Source of the DNA: Pseudomonadota bacterium
GTDB lineage: Bacteria; Myxococcota_A; Bradymonadia; UBA4248
Assembly: GCA_017421975.1 (NCBI GenBank)
Contig: JAFOHE010000247.1
Location: forward strand, 1-46,365
Reading direction: 5' to 3'
Length of the DNA: 46,365 nucleotides
The notes under the pieces are model-generated. The model did no database searches and was not told the origin of the DNA. It saw only the letters and a program-made list of their open reading frames with translations. The translations under genes were made by a program, and so were the position numbers. This document shows, piece after piece, positions 35,201 to 43,819 of this stretch. Position 1 is the stretch's first letter, and every line of letters starts with the position of its first letter.

Positions 35201-35309
35201 AAGCGGCGGCAGCGCCGAGGATGAGAATACCGAAAACAGCGAGGAGAATGATGAGGATACGTTTATTTTTTGAAGACATCTTGTACGCCTTTGAAGCCCG
35301 AACCATCAT
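32280..35309 (-). CDS. Peptidoglycan glycosyltransferase (GT51) with a ~650-aa membrane-anchored N-terminal extension
   Basis: 1009 aa, with an alternative start at 35279 (MSSKNKR). It has an N-terminal TM helix. The C-terminal GT51 motifs are EDGSFFTHAGF, GASTISMQLIKN, RKGQE and YFNIIEFG. No transpeptidase domain is present. The N-terminal part has an AsmA/DUF748-like repeating-strand pattern (weak, from memory). Confidence 0.8.
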   Translation of the reverse strand: MMVRASKAYKMSSKNKRILIILLAVFGILILGAAAAWYAVVPGIIHAKLEEAFTAAEQKTGRKIALGDVRLRSLRHLTLNDITIADKDSKQPAITVDQVDLYLAGIPGIAEPRLADVKVNDVQITFNYKDGHHNFEDLLALVKTTDRENGDEDDEKTPPAWKRYITPLPDVSVNDVQIAMPSLPLVASTSLTALNAKNIAVSTESRDAKKVIKLTATAGFTLDEKGTKNEYASTLSAEMMGKSEGALTLTMPRNKANAIPELLKVADYAIETQTLTWTLPTTLTFDQPRIAKGDTTLFAAERANIRLMALPPKKVSGVYFKEIDLKKPVVNMTLNDEGNDLTAFAKALKSAFILPKHDGDAVDSDADARQRDIKDYYFSQRFYVSDASFHLHDARKAARADYKMEHLNLESGYRSIRKIVDLRVTGEMTSPLKTAWTLDGIYNMKNEDFQATLDVPTFNATPETKAMREKIRTYLRDGEPVPRTKLNLTPLERILAFFEMDNASARGHLTINGNVAAQSASLETAFSTKGFSIVSDIISTEPLSLDSEVKLKANVAAKPYPSLTIAECEITRDLAKVLFNGTFAKEHMVRQRTGKLAGTTEYDTWRYDLALQLPDQAAQTVFDAIPHAIRTELDGLQARGNIAFKLTAKGRLDDIDATQHKFDLTTSDDFGVFAWPANRDLMALNTGFLFHVNDPNALLPHDIVIPASTHQVTVFDRVRRVMTDTYLPKQTADDVRIRFPNWVLFEDLNPWLVQLITTTEDGSFFTHAGFSPLQIKAALARNVERGEFYRGASTISMQLIKNLFFDRNKTLARKGQEALYTWLMESILHIPKQRIMEIYFNIIEFGPEIYGIEEAAKYYFGKRSDALTLNEAAFLIAIIPGPRKGELYRTQGVVSKALQKTMNFYIREMYRRKCTPEMLAQMRARFEKRKMPVPFEPCCPSAASIELMQQQPITFYVPDPRDPLKYDFDPALYLPDGTPLIPVQRSCGYTQQAADSELGDIFGVYDANN

Positions 35310-35354
35310 AAAGCAGCCGCATCAGCGTCGGCAGGATTGTTTGACGCGTGAACG

Positions 35355-35454
35355 GCGTCGCGTATGGCCTTTGGCCATAGCGAACGCAGCGTCGCGCGTA
35401 TGGCCTTTGGCCATAGCGCGGCGGCCAGAGCGTATCGCGCAAGCGATAGCTCGG
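35355..35454 (+). repeat. Bulged-G hairpin units F1-F3
   Basis: F1 35355-35387 has the core CGC-G-TAT-GGCC-ttt-GGCC-ATA-GCG. F2 35392-35421: CGCGC-G-TAT-GGCC-ttt-GGCC-ATA-GCGCG. F3 35425-35454: CC.GAGC-G-TAT-CGC-gcaa-GCG-ATA-GCTCGG. Confidence 0.9.
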
Positions 35455-35495
35455 CAGAATTTTGCATAATATAGGCGGAAGTGGCTTTTTTGGGT

Positions 35496-35527
35496 AAAAA
35501 AAAGCCCGACAATGAGCATTATCGGGC
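35496..35527 (-). terminator. Intrinsic terminator of the phasin-like gene
   Basis: The minus strand reads GCCCGA-taatgctcattg-TCGGGC followed by T8. Confidence 0.7.
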
Positions 35528-35567
35528 AAAAAAAGCAAACTGTTTGGTGGGCACGCGATAGAGCGGC

Positions 35568-35888
35568 TTAGGCTTCTTCGTTCGCTTCTTCGTTTTCGCA
35601 ATCCTGGCAATCGCATGCAGCAGGGGCATCGCAGACTTTTTCTTCGACTTTTTCGAGGGATTCGCGGAGGCTGTCGAGATCTTTTTGCGTGGCGAGGCCA
35701 AGTGAAGCGGCAAATTGAGCCTTAGCAGCTTCGCGGAGTTCCTGGATGCGTGTGAGCGCATTGAGTCCCAGTTCCATCGCTTTTTGAGCCTGAGGCGATT
35801 CGAGTAATTTTTGCGCTTTTTCGCTTTCCATAATGGCCATGCCCTTGGAAATGACTTTATCCATGATAGCGGCGATCTGTTTGTTCAT
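35568..35888 (-). CDS. Small coiled-coil protein, phasin/COG3937-like, with a Cys-rich acidic tail
   Basis: 106 aa. LGLATQKDLDSLRESLEKVEEKV resembles the phasin-like family signature (from memory). The tail is CDAPAACDCQDCENEEANEEA. Confidence 0.5.
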   Translation of the reverse strand: MNKQIAAIMDKVISKGMAIMESEKAQKLLESPQAQKAMELGLNALTRIQELREAAKAQFAASLGLATQKDLDSLRESLEKVEEKVCDAPAACDCQDCENEEANEEA

Positions 35889-36145
35889 CAGTAAAACTCC
35901 TTATCAATTAAATAGCCGGTCACATCCGGCGGGAATAAAGTGAGTGTAACATGACGCGGCGCGTCATGCTATAAGAAACAGCATAAAAAACGCAGTTCCT
36001 TTTTGAATGGCATTGTTGGTGATGTTGAAGGCCGCTTTGATCCATGACGTTTAGGATCATTGTATCTATTTCAATATTCGCATCTTTTAATGATATATGG
36101 TATAAAGTGTGTACGGCTACAAACAATGGTCTATGAATCGTCCGA

Positions 36146-36193
36146 TTTTTGCCAAGGAAAACCGATAAATTTTTGCCAAGGAAAACCGATGAA
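36146..36193 (+). repeat. 24-bp tandem duplication covering the RBS and start codon region
   Basis: TTTTTGCCAAGGAAAACCGAT occurs at 36146-36166 and again at 36170-36190. The first copy is followed by AAA (ATA where the start would be), and the second copy contains the ATG. Confidence 0.9.
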
Positions 36194-37043
36194 AAAATAT
36201 ATTTTGAGTTCATTACTCGCCATTAGCATGAGTTTCGCATCCACATTTGCGTGGGCTGAATGTGAAGAAATTGGGTCACCGGATTGGGATTCCCACTACA
36301 TTGAGATGAGCAAGGCGATCAGTGCGGGAACGAATGAAATCGCGCTTCAACATGCGCTTCAGCTTGAGCTTATGTGCAAGACGGATCCCGTTCTTCTTTA
36401 CTCGATCAGTGAAATTTACAACCGCATGGGTCGAGAGCAGGAGAGCAATTCATACGTTCGCCGTGCATCAGAGAACTTGCGCGGTCATGCAGATCTTCCG
36501 CAAGCGGTCGTAGAGAAGATTTGGTTTAGGCGAGCGACGCTGGAGCTTCCGATGCGCCAGGAACTTGCCGAAGCTCAAGCCGAAAATGTGCAACTCAAGG
36601 AAAAACTAGAGTCTCAGACGACATTTTCTGCGGAAATTGCGTCAGAGGAGCTTGCTTTCCTTGAGAAGCTTCAGTGGACGGGGACGGGGCTTGCAGCAGG
36701 CGGGGCAGCGATTGCCGTCGTTGGAAGTGTTCTTTTTGCCATGTCCTATAACAAACTTAAACCGTGTACATCGACGTCCGTAGATTCTGATAAATGCGAA
36801 GGCAAGATTATTACCAATAGCAAAATCGACAGTAGCAACGGTGACTTTGGTGCAGAGAAGAACAAGGGAGAGCTCGGCGTAGGTCTTTTGGGAGCTGGTG
36901 CAGCCATTGCTGTTGGCGGTTCCATTCTTGCGATCATTTCACACGTCAAAAAGAATGAACTCGAAATCAAGACGACAGGCGGGGATGTCACGTTCAATTT
37001 TGACGTTTCTCCCGCCTGGTCCGGTATCACCGTGAATTTTTAA
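36189..37043 (+). CDS. Exported protein with helical N-domain and two Gly/Ala-rich TM segments, function unknown
   Basis: AAGGAAAA RBS before ATG 36189. The signal peptide ends FAWA-EC. A coiled-coil segment is followed by GLAAGGAAIAVVGSVLFAM and LLGAGAAIAVGGSILAII. Confidence 0.7.
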   Translation: MKKYILSSLLAISMSFASTFAWAECEEIGSPDWDSHYIEMSKAISAGTNEIALQHALQLELMCKTDPVLLYSISEIYNRMGREQESNSYVRRASENLRGHADLPQAVVEKIWFRRATLELPMRQELAEAQAENVQLKEKLESQTTFSAEIASEELAFLEKLQWTGTGLAAGGAAIAVVGSVLFAMSYNKLKPCTSTSVDSDKCEGKIITNSKIDSSNGDFGAEKNKGELGVGLLGAGAAIAVGGSILAIISHVKKNELEIKTTGGDVTFNFDVSPAWSGITVNF

Positions 37044-37091
37044 CAGATTGCGCCATTTATAGCTTGCGCCATTTTAGAAGTTAGGTCGCGA

Positions 37092-37115
37092 ATGGACGTT
37101 CCATAGAACGTCCAT
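37092..37115. repeat. 10-bp-stem hairpin with a GGACGTTC core between convergent genes
   Basis: ATGGACGTTC-cata-GAACGTCCAT. It is followed by the perfect palindrome ATCGTGATCACGAT (37117-37130), which straddles the tex stop codon, and then by T6. Confidence 0.8.
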
Positions 37116-37122
37116 ATCGTGA

Positions 37123-39411
37123 TCACGATTTTTTGAGGCTTGCGAAGGGATTGTTTGTGAAGGCTTCGTGTAGCGTTTTTTCGTTCCGTTTTTTGGAACT
37201 GCGATCCTGTCGCGTCTGAGGCGCATTTTTATCTGTTTTTGGCGCATGCTGTGTGCCGAAATCCGCCGTTCTGCAGGAAAGAGAAATCCGCTTTCTGACG
37301 AGGTCAACGTCCATGACGACGACTTTAACGGCTTGTCCAGCGGTAACAACATCGGCAGGATTTGAAACGTACTGATCACTCAGCGCCGAGATATGCACGA
37401 GTCCGTCCTGATGGACGCCAATATCGACAAAGGCACCGAAGTTCGTCACATTTGTGACGATCCCATCGAGTACCATACCGACTTTAAGGTCTTCGATCGT
37501 CGAAACATCTTTATTAAATTTTGGCGGTTCAAACTTGGCACGCGGATCACGTCCAGGTTTAAGGAGTTCCGCCTTAATATCATTGAGCGTCATGATACCG
37601 ACATCATCGGAAACATATTTTTCGACGTTGAGCTTTGCCACGAGCGCAGCATTACCGACGAGGTCAGCGACAGCGACGCCGTAATCAGCGGCCATTTTTT
37701 CGACGAGTGCGTAGCGTTCAGGGTGTACAGCGGAAGCATCGAGTGGATTTTCGCTTTCGCGGACGCGCAGGAATCCGGCGGCCTGTTCATACGTTTTTGG
37801 TCCCAATCCACTCACCTTCAACAGCTGTGCGCGCGTCTGGAATTTTCCATTGAGTTCACGGTGCGCCACAATTTTTTTAGCCATTGTTGGTCCGATACCG
37901 GCGACATATTTAAGGAGTTCAGCGGAAGCTGTATTGAGATCGACGCCGACGCGGTTGACGCAACTTTCGACGACTTCTTCGAGTTTTCTTTTAAGCATAG
38001 GCTGATTGACGTCATGCTGGTACTGTCCGACGCCAATGGATTTAGGATCAACTTTAACGAGTTCGGCGAGTGGATCTTGAAGTCGTCGCGCAATGGAAAT
38101 GGCACCGCGGACAGTGAGATCGAGATCAGGGAATTCATCGCGTGCGAGATCAGAAGCGGAGTAAATACTGGCACCTGATTCAGAAACCATGACGACGTAA
38201 GGTCGAACATTATCGGGCATAGAAGCGACGAGCTGACGCACGAAAGCTTCCGTTTCGCGCCCGGCAGTACCATTGCCGATGGCGATCGCGCGTGACGGAT
38301 ATTTTGCAAGGAAAGCCAAGAGCTTCGATTCCGCGTCTTTTCCGTTTCCTGTTTGTGGGAAGATGACTGTATTATCGAGGTATTTTCCCGTTTTATCGAC
38401 GGCAGCCACTTTGCATCCCGTTCGAATGCCTGGATCAATGCCGATGACGGATTCAGCCCCAAGTGGTGAAGCAAGAAGGAGATTTTCGACATTTTGGGCG
38501 AAGACATCGACGGCTTCGCGATCGGCTGTTTGTTTAAGATCGACGCGGACGTCCGATTCAATGCTTGAAGCGAGCAAGCGTTCAAAAGCATCGCGAGCAG
38601 CCTCTGAGAGTGCTTCGGCATAAGGTGTCCCAGGCCGACAATTCATAATGGCGAGGATTTTTGCGACAGCAGTATCTTCATCGACGGCGATTTCAGAGCG
38701 CAGGAACCCTTCTTTTTCGCCACGGCGAATGGCGAGGAAGCGATGTCCGCGGAAAGCGCTCACTGCTTCATGATAATCATAATATTGTTCAAATTTGGAT
38801 CGTTCGTCTTTTTTATCATCCACCACTTTCGAGATCATTTCACCGGTTGAAACCATGAAATCGCGCAAAAACTCGCGTGCGTTTGCATTTTCGGAGATGA
38901 TTTCAGCGACGATATCGTTTGCACCTTCGAGTGCATCGTCAATCGATTCGACGCCTTTTTCAGCATCAACAAAATTTTGAGCATCCGAGCGCGGATCCCC
39001 GTCATTGGGTTGAGCCAAAATGCGTGTTGCGAGCGGTTCAAGTCCTTTTTCACGCGCGATTGTCGCACGCGTACGTCGCTTTGGTTTGTAAGGCAGGTAA
39101 AGATCTTCGAGCGTAGATTTTACCATAGCGCTTTCGATCTGTTGTTTGAGTTCAGGCGTCAGTTTTCCCTGACTTTCGATAGCTGTGAGAATGGCGGTTC
39201 GACGTTCTTCGAGTTCCGTCAAATAAGTGTTTCTTTCTTCGATATCGCGGATCTGGACCTCATCGAGACCCCCAGTTTTTTCTTTACGATAACGCGCAAT
39301 AAAAGGGATCGTCGCACCACCCGAAAGGAGTTCGAGGACAGCCGCAGTTTGCGACGTCTGGAGGTTCATTTCGAGTGAAATCTGCTGAGCAAAAGTCTTA
39401 TTATCAGCCAT
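37123..39411 (-). CDS. tex: Tex-like transcription accessory protein (S1 domain)
   Basis: 762 aa. The N-terminus has GATIPFIARYRKEKTGGLD. YqgF and HhH regions are present. The C-terminal S1 domain reads GIVTNVTNFGAFVDIGVHQDGLVHIS. Confidence 0.92.
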   Translation of the reverse strand: MADNKTFAQQISLEMNLQTSQTAAVLELLSGGATIPFIARYRKEKTGGLDEVQIRDIEERNTYLTELEERRTAILTAIESQGKLTPELKQQIESAMVKSTLEDLYLPYKPKRRTRATIAREKGLEPLATRILAQPNDGDPRSDAQNFVDAEKGVESIDDALEGANDIVAEIISENANAREFLRDFMVSTGEMISKVVDDKKDERSKFEQYYDYHEAVSAFRGHRFLAIRRGEKEGFLRSEIAVDEDTAVAKILAIMNCRPGTPYAEALSEAARDAFERLLASSIESDVRVDLKQTADREAVDVFAQNVENLLLASPLGAESVIGIDPGIRTGCKVAAVDKTGKYLDNTVIFPQTGNGKDAESKLLAFLAKYPSRAIAIGNGTAGRETEAFVRQLVASMPDNVRPYVVMVSESGASIYSASDLARDEFPDLDLTVRGAISIARRLQDPLAELVKVDPKSIGVGQYQHDVNQPMLKRKLEEVVESCVNRVGVDLNTASAELLKYVAGIGPTMAKKIVAHRELNGKFQTRAQLLKVSGLGPKTYEQAAGFLRVRESENPLDASAVHPERYALVEKMAADYGVAVADLVGNAALVAKLNVEKYVSDDVGIMTLNDIKAELLKPGRDPRAKFEPPKFNKDVSTIEDLKVGMVLDGIVTNVTNFGAFVDIGVHQDGLVHISALSDQYVSNPADVVTAGQAVKVVVMDVDLVRKRISLSCRTADFGTQHAPKTDKNAPQTRQDRSSKKRNEKTLHEAFTNNPFASLKKS

Positions 39412-39568
39412 GATAATGTCGTCCTCATTGGAAATAGAATCGATAAACTATGAAAAATAAGAAGCACCTAAAAGGTGCTTCTCACAATGATTTTGTTTTA
39501 AATTTCAACGGCGCATGGGCAAGCTTGCCTCAATGCGTTTTGTGCATGCGAGGGTTGCGACGTCAGGA

Positions 39569-42500
39569 TCAAATCTCATCCATACGCGAGCGTCGCGTTT
39601 TGCGCACGCGTTTTGCGGCTTCGGCATCAGCATCACGCGTCACGGGCTCAGTCGATTCGCCGTTAGAACTGGTTGAATCCACATTGTTAGCGGCCACGAC
39701 ATCAGTTTTTTCTGTCGTTCGTGCGATTGCTCGACGTGCTGCAGAGCGACGAACGCGTTTTTCGGAAGCGGGCATACTAGGCGTATCGACGATTTCATTG
39801 TTTTCTTCGACTGGATTCTGAAGCATCGTCTGCGCAGGTTCCGCTGCTACAGGCGTATTTTCTGTGACAGTCTCCATCGATGAAGCCACGCGCCGTGCTG
39901 TTGTTTTACGCACGCGTCGTGTTTCATGACGCGTCGTTGCTTCTGACTTTATTGCTTTGTCTGTTGCCACAGGCGTTTCGGGTGTTATCTCCTGTTTTGT
40001 GACAACTTCAGTCTGTATTTGTATTTGTTCAGTAGCAGCCGAATCGCTTTGTTCGCGTGTTACACGGGAGCGCGTTCGACGCGGACGACGTTCATTTGTT
40101 TTGGGAGCAGCGTCATTATCTTTCGCCGCGACGAGCGTCATCTGTTCAATCTCTGATTCGGCGTTCATTTCGTTCTTTAACACCGTCTCACGTTTTTCAG
40201 TTGTGATGGCGTCATCTTTTTTAGTTGTGACGGCATCATCGCTGATACGTCCACGGCGTGCACGTCTGACGCGCGAAGCATCATTACGCTGTTCATCAAT
40301 CGGATTGCTGACGGGCGCCATCGTTTCGATTTCCTGCATGGGGCGATACATGAGATCACTAAAGAGGTCATCGATTTCTTTAGAAATGGCGTCATCTTCG
40401 ATTCTCGAAGCGATCTGGAGCACATCATTTTGATCGGCTTGTGGTGTGATAGCAACAGCAGCTCGATCTCGACGGCGTTCACGTCTTTCGCGACGTGCTG
40501 GCATGACGTTACCATTATCAACATCAACCGTCGTTTCGTCATCCGCCACAGCTTCGGCGATAGGCGACACATCGACGTTCTCCGGAGCAGGCCCAGCAGA
40601 ACGTGCAGTACGACGTCGCGAGCGTTCACGTCTGTTGCGTTGACTGAATGAGCCTTCTGGTGCTTCAATCGCAGGAAGTTCCTGTGTGATTGCCTGAGCG
40701 ATGTCGATTTCATCTTCCTCAGCGTACTTAATGACCGTCATGGGGGCGACTTCGACATCAGCGCAAACCACTTCGTTATTATCTCTGAACTGAGGTACAT
40801 CACCGATCGCTTTACGTGAGTGTCGGCGTCGGCGACGCGAACCATTGATCGCATCATCAGACTCGGTTGTATCTGCAACCGAGCACATTTCAGCGGCAGC
40901 AGCGACGATGGCATCTGCAGCCTTTGGCGGTGTCGCCACAGCCTGCGTCATGGTTTCCGGCGTCTGATCATGATTCACGTCCACATCCGTATCCGTGATG
41001 CGATTTCGGCGCGTATGACGGCTTCGACGTGATTTTGCAAGCGGATCCTCTTCCTGAACTTCGAGCGCAGAAGTATCGAACGTCGAGGGAGCCTGAAGCA
41101 CAGCTGGATTGAAAGACACAGCTTTATCTGATGCTTTTTCTTTTGTTGTTTCCTTCACAGCAACAGGTGCAGCAGGGGTTTCTTTTTTCTCGCCGAAGAC
41201 TTCGGCAATACGTTTTGCGATCGCGACATCAATGGCATGAAGCGCCTTTCGAGAGGAATTGCCATCAAACTTGTGAAGCACGATATCGCGTTCTGTGCAG
41301 AGCGCGATGCCGAGCGCATCAGAGGAAGCAGGTTCAGTACCACTGAACAGCACTTCGAGGCGTGCGCGCGCATGACGAGACGATGTTTGTGCAATGAGCG
41401 CGGCGCAACGTGAACTCATAATTTCTTCAGGCGAAGTCAGTGCACGTGAGAGCCAATTGACGACGCGATCTGCATTTTCGATCAACTGTTTTCTGGACAC
41501 TTCCCCTTCGACGCCGTCAATCGTGCAAATTGCCCGAATCATATCGAGAGCAAACAGGCACGTATCCATCTTAATGCCTCCGTCTTCGCGATGAGGCCGA
41601 CGATGTCCGCGGATATTCATGCGTCTTCTGGGTTCATTTCCGCGTTCATCAAGGTGTGGTGCCGCCGAACGAATGAGACTCGTCAAGACGGCGAGTCCGA
41701 CACGTTTTTGCGTCATGGAAGTATCTGGCGTTGGATCAAGTGCTTGCGCCGGCGTTATGGCAGGTTCGGCAGCTGGCATGGCATCGGCAGTTCCCTGTCC
41801 GCGTTTTGCACGTCGCGATGCACGTCGTTTACGCGCTTCTTCACTTGAAAATTCTTCAAAATCGTTTGGACGATAAGAATCATCGACGATGGGCGACTGT
41901 GCATTATATGCTTCCGTGACTTCGACGAGCGAAGAAACATCGACAGCACAAGTATTTGTGTGCGGCGCATTTCCGGGATGAAGGGCTTCAACCGCTTCTT
42001 TTGTGAGCCATTCGATCGATTCATCACCACGAGACATTTCGCGCACAGCACAGATTTCGATATGAAGATGGTAATCTTCCTCAAGCTGAGCAATATCATG
42101 ACGACGTGCATTTTGCACCGTTTGCGCATTTTCGGGGCTCAGACTGATGATTGCGCCAGCAATCGACCCCTGTACAGCTCTCGCCTCAATTTCACGAATC
42201 AGATTGAGTCCGAGAGCCTCGATCGTGGGGATAAATCCACGGCCACCGCAAGTCGGACATTCGAGGTGCGTACGCATGGAAAGTGCCTGGCTCAATCGTT
42301 GACGATTGATTTCAAGCAAGCCGTTTGCACTGATGCGCTCACATTTGTTTCGCGCCTTATCGCGTGCCATGGCAGTGCGCATGGCCCTTTCGACATCGCG
42401 TTGGTACTTACTTGATTTCATATCGATGAAATCGATGACGATAAGCCCGCCAATATCGCGCATACGCAACTGTCGACCGATTTCTGCAGCGGCTTCGAGG

Positions 42501-43459
42501 TTTGTATGATACGCTGTGAGATCCTGACTATCGCGTTTGGTGGCGCGAGCCGAGTTGACGTCAATGGCTGTCAGGGCTTCGGTTGGGTCAATGACAATGA
42601 AGCCACCACTGGGCAAAGAGACAGTTCGCGCATAAATCTGGTTGATCTGGCGCTCGATATTGTAACGCGTAAAAAGTGGCGTGCGATCATCATAATACTT
42701 AATGCGATCACTACCGCCATCAACCGTTGCATGAATATAAGCAAGGGCACGTTCATAGCACGAGCGGTTGTCAATGAGGACTTCGTTAATCGTCGAATCA
42801 AAATAATCGCGCATGGCCTGAACGACGATGTCCTGATCATTATAAAGGAGCGTCGGTCCATTGCTTTTTTCGTACTCAGCTTCAATTTTGTGCCACAGCT
42901 GAATGAGGACTTTGGCATCGCGAAGCAGGATAGCACGGGACTGATCCATGGCATTGGTACGCACGATACAGCCATAGCCATCTGGCAGATCGAGGCTACG
43001 CGCTTTTTGGGTCAAATCGGCACGTGCATCTTCATCGACTTTCCGCGAAACACCACTTTTGGCGTCTTTGGGCCGCAGGACGAGGTAACGTCCTGCGAGG
43101 CTGATGTTTGTCGTCACCTGAGCGCCTTTGAGCCCCGTGGCGTCTTTGATGACCTGAACGATCAACGGTTGCCCCACGACGAGGACATCACTGATTCTCT
43201 GGGCATCTTTAACCGGCTTGTGATAAGCACTTTCAACGACATCGTTGAAAGCAAGAAAGCCATTTTTTACATCGCCAAAATCGATAAAAGCAGCGTTCAG
43301 GCTGGGGGCGATGTTCGATACAATGCCGCGGTAAATATTGTTGCGCAGAAGGCCGCTATTCTTGGTTTCGATCTCGAAATCTTCAAGCGTTTGATTTTCG
43401 ACGATCGCAACGCGCACTTCTTCCTCGCGACGACCATTAATAAGGATCTTACGAGTCAC
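39569..43459 (-). CDS. rne: Ribonuclease E
   Basis: 1296 aa with a GTG start and GGAG 7 nt upstream. The N-terminal catalytic half shows ILING...EEVRVAIVEN, NIYRGIVSNIAPSLNAAFIDFG and CPTCGGRG. The C-terminal ~780 aa are low-complexity and Arg-rich. Confidence 0.92.
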   Translation of the reverse strand: MTRKILINGRREEEVRVAIVENQTLEDFEIETKNSGLLRNNIYRGIVSNIAPSLNAAFIDFGDVKNGFLAFNDVVESAYHKPVKDAQRISDVLVVGQPLIVQVIKDATGLKGAQVTTNISLAGRYLVLRPKDAKSGVSRKVDEDARADLTQKARSLDLPDGYGCIVRTNAMDQSRAILLRDAKVLIQLWHKIEAEYEKSNGPTLLYNDQDIVVQAMRDYFDSTINEVLIDNRSCYERALAYIHATVDGGSDRIKYYDDRTPLFTRYNIERQINQIYARTVSLPSGGFIVIDPTEALTAIDVNSARATKRDSQDLTAYHTNLEAAAEIGRQLRMRDIGGLIVIDFIDMKSSKYQRDVERAMRTAMARDKARNKCERISANGLLEINRQRLSQALSMRTHLECPTCGGRGFIPTIEALGLNLIREIEARAVQGSIAGAIISLSPENAQTVQNARRHDIAQLEEDYHLHIEICAVREMSRGDESIEWLTKEAVEALHPGNAPHTNTCAVDVSSLVEVTEAYNAQSPIVDDSYRPNDFEEFSSEEARKRRASRRAKRGQGTADAMPAAEPAITPAQALDPTPDTSMTQKRVGLAVLTSLIRSAAPHLDERGNEPRRRMNIRGHRRPHREDGGIKMDTCLFALDMIRAICTIDGVEGEVSRKQLIENADRVVNWLSRALTSPEEIMSSRCAALIAQTSSRHARARLEVLFSGTEPASSDALGIALCTERDIVLHKFDGNSSRKALHAIDVAIAKRIAEVFGEKKETPAAPVAVKETTKEKASDKAVSFNPAVLQAPSTFDTSALEVQEEDPLAKSRRSRHTRRNRITDTDVDVNHDQTPETMTQAVATPPKAADAIVAAAAEMCSVADTTESDDAINGSRRRRRHSRKAIGDVPQFRDNNEVVCADVEVAPMTVIKYAEEDEIDIAQAITQELPAIEAPEGSFSQRNRRERSRRRTARSAGPAPENVDVSPIAEAVADDETTVDVDNGNVMPARRERRERRRDRAAVAITPQADQNDVLQIASRIEDDAISKEIDDLFSDLMYRPMQEIETMAPVSNPIDEQRNDASRVRRARRGRISDDAVTTKKDDAITTEKRETVLKNEMNAESEIEQMTLVAAKDNDAAPKTNERRPRRTRSRVTREQSDSAATEQIQIQTEVVTKQEITPETPVATDKAIKSEATTRHETRRVRKTTARRVASSMETVTENTPVAAEPAQTMLQNPVEENNEIVDTPSMPASEKRVRRSAARRAIARTTEKTDVVAANNVDSTSSNGESTEPVTRDADAEAAKRVRKTRRSRMDEI

Positions 43460-43819
43460 AGAAAACTCCGTATTCAGTTGTAAATGAAAGTTCCAGCAAT
43501 GCGCTCCACAACCCGATCACGAGAGCCTGGCTCACCGACGTGGTATCGGCACTGAAACAGGCGGTTTCTACGAATAAGCTCTTCAAGGGAGGCATCGATA
43601 AGCATCATCGACTGCAGGCTCAAACGTTTTTCGCATCAGAAACCATGACCCAGTGTTCAGAATCGGAACCGGGGGAACGCGAAAATTTCGTTCTTTCACC
43701 CTTATACCACATTTCTCATACAGACGCAGTAATTTTGGAGGTAGGCATCAATTATCCGTTGTTAGCGGGGCGTGGAAAATGGGGGAAGCCCCTCGTCACA
43801 CGGCGAATCGCCAGTCAGA

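Noticed and set aside
36060-36188. N-terminal extension of the 36189 gene (the listed ORF starts at 36060), and the 35920-36213 minus-strand ORF.
   Set aside because: The extension crosses the 24-bp duplication and has no RBS. ATG 36189 has AAGGAAAA upstream and is followed immediately by a signal peptide.
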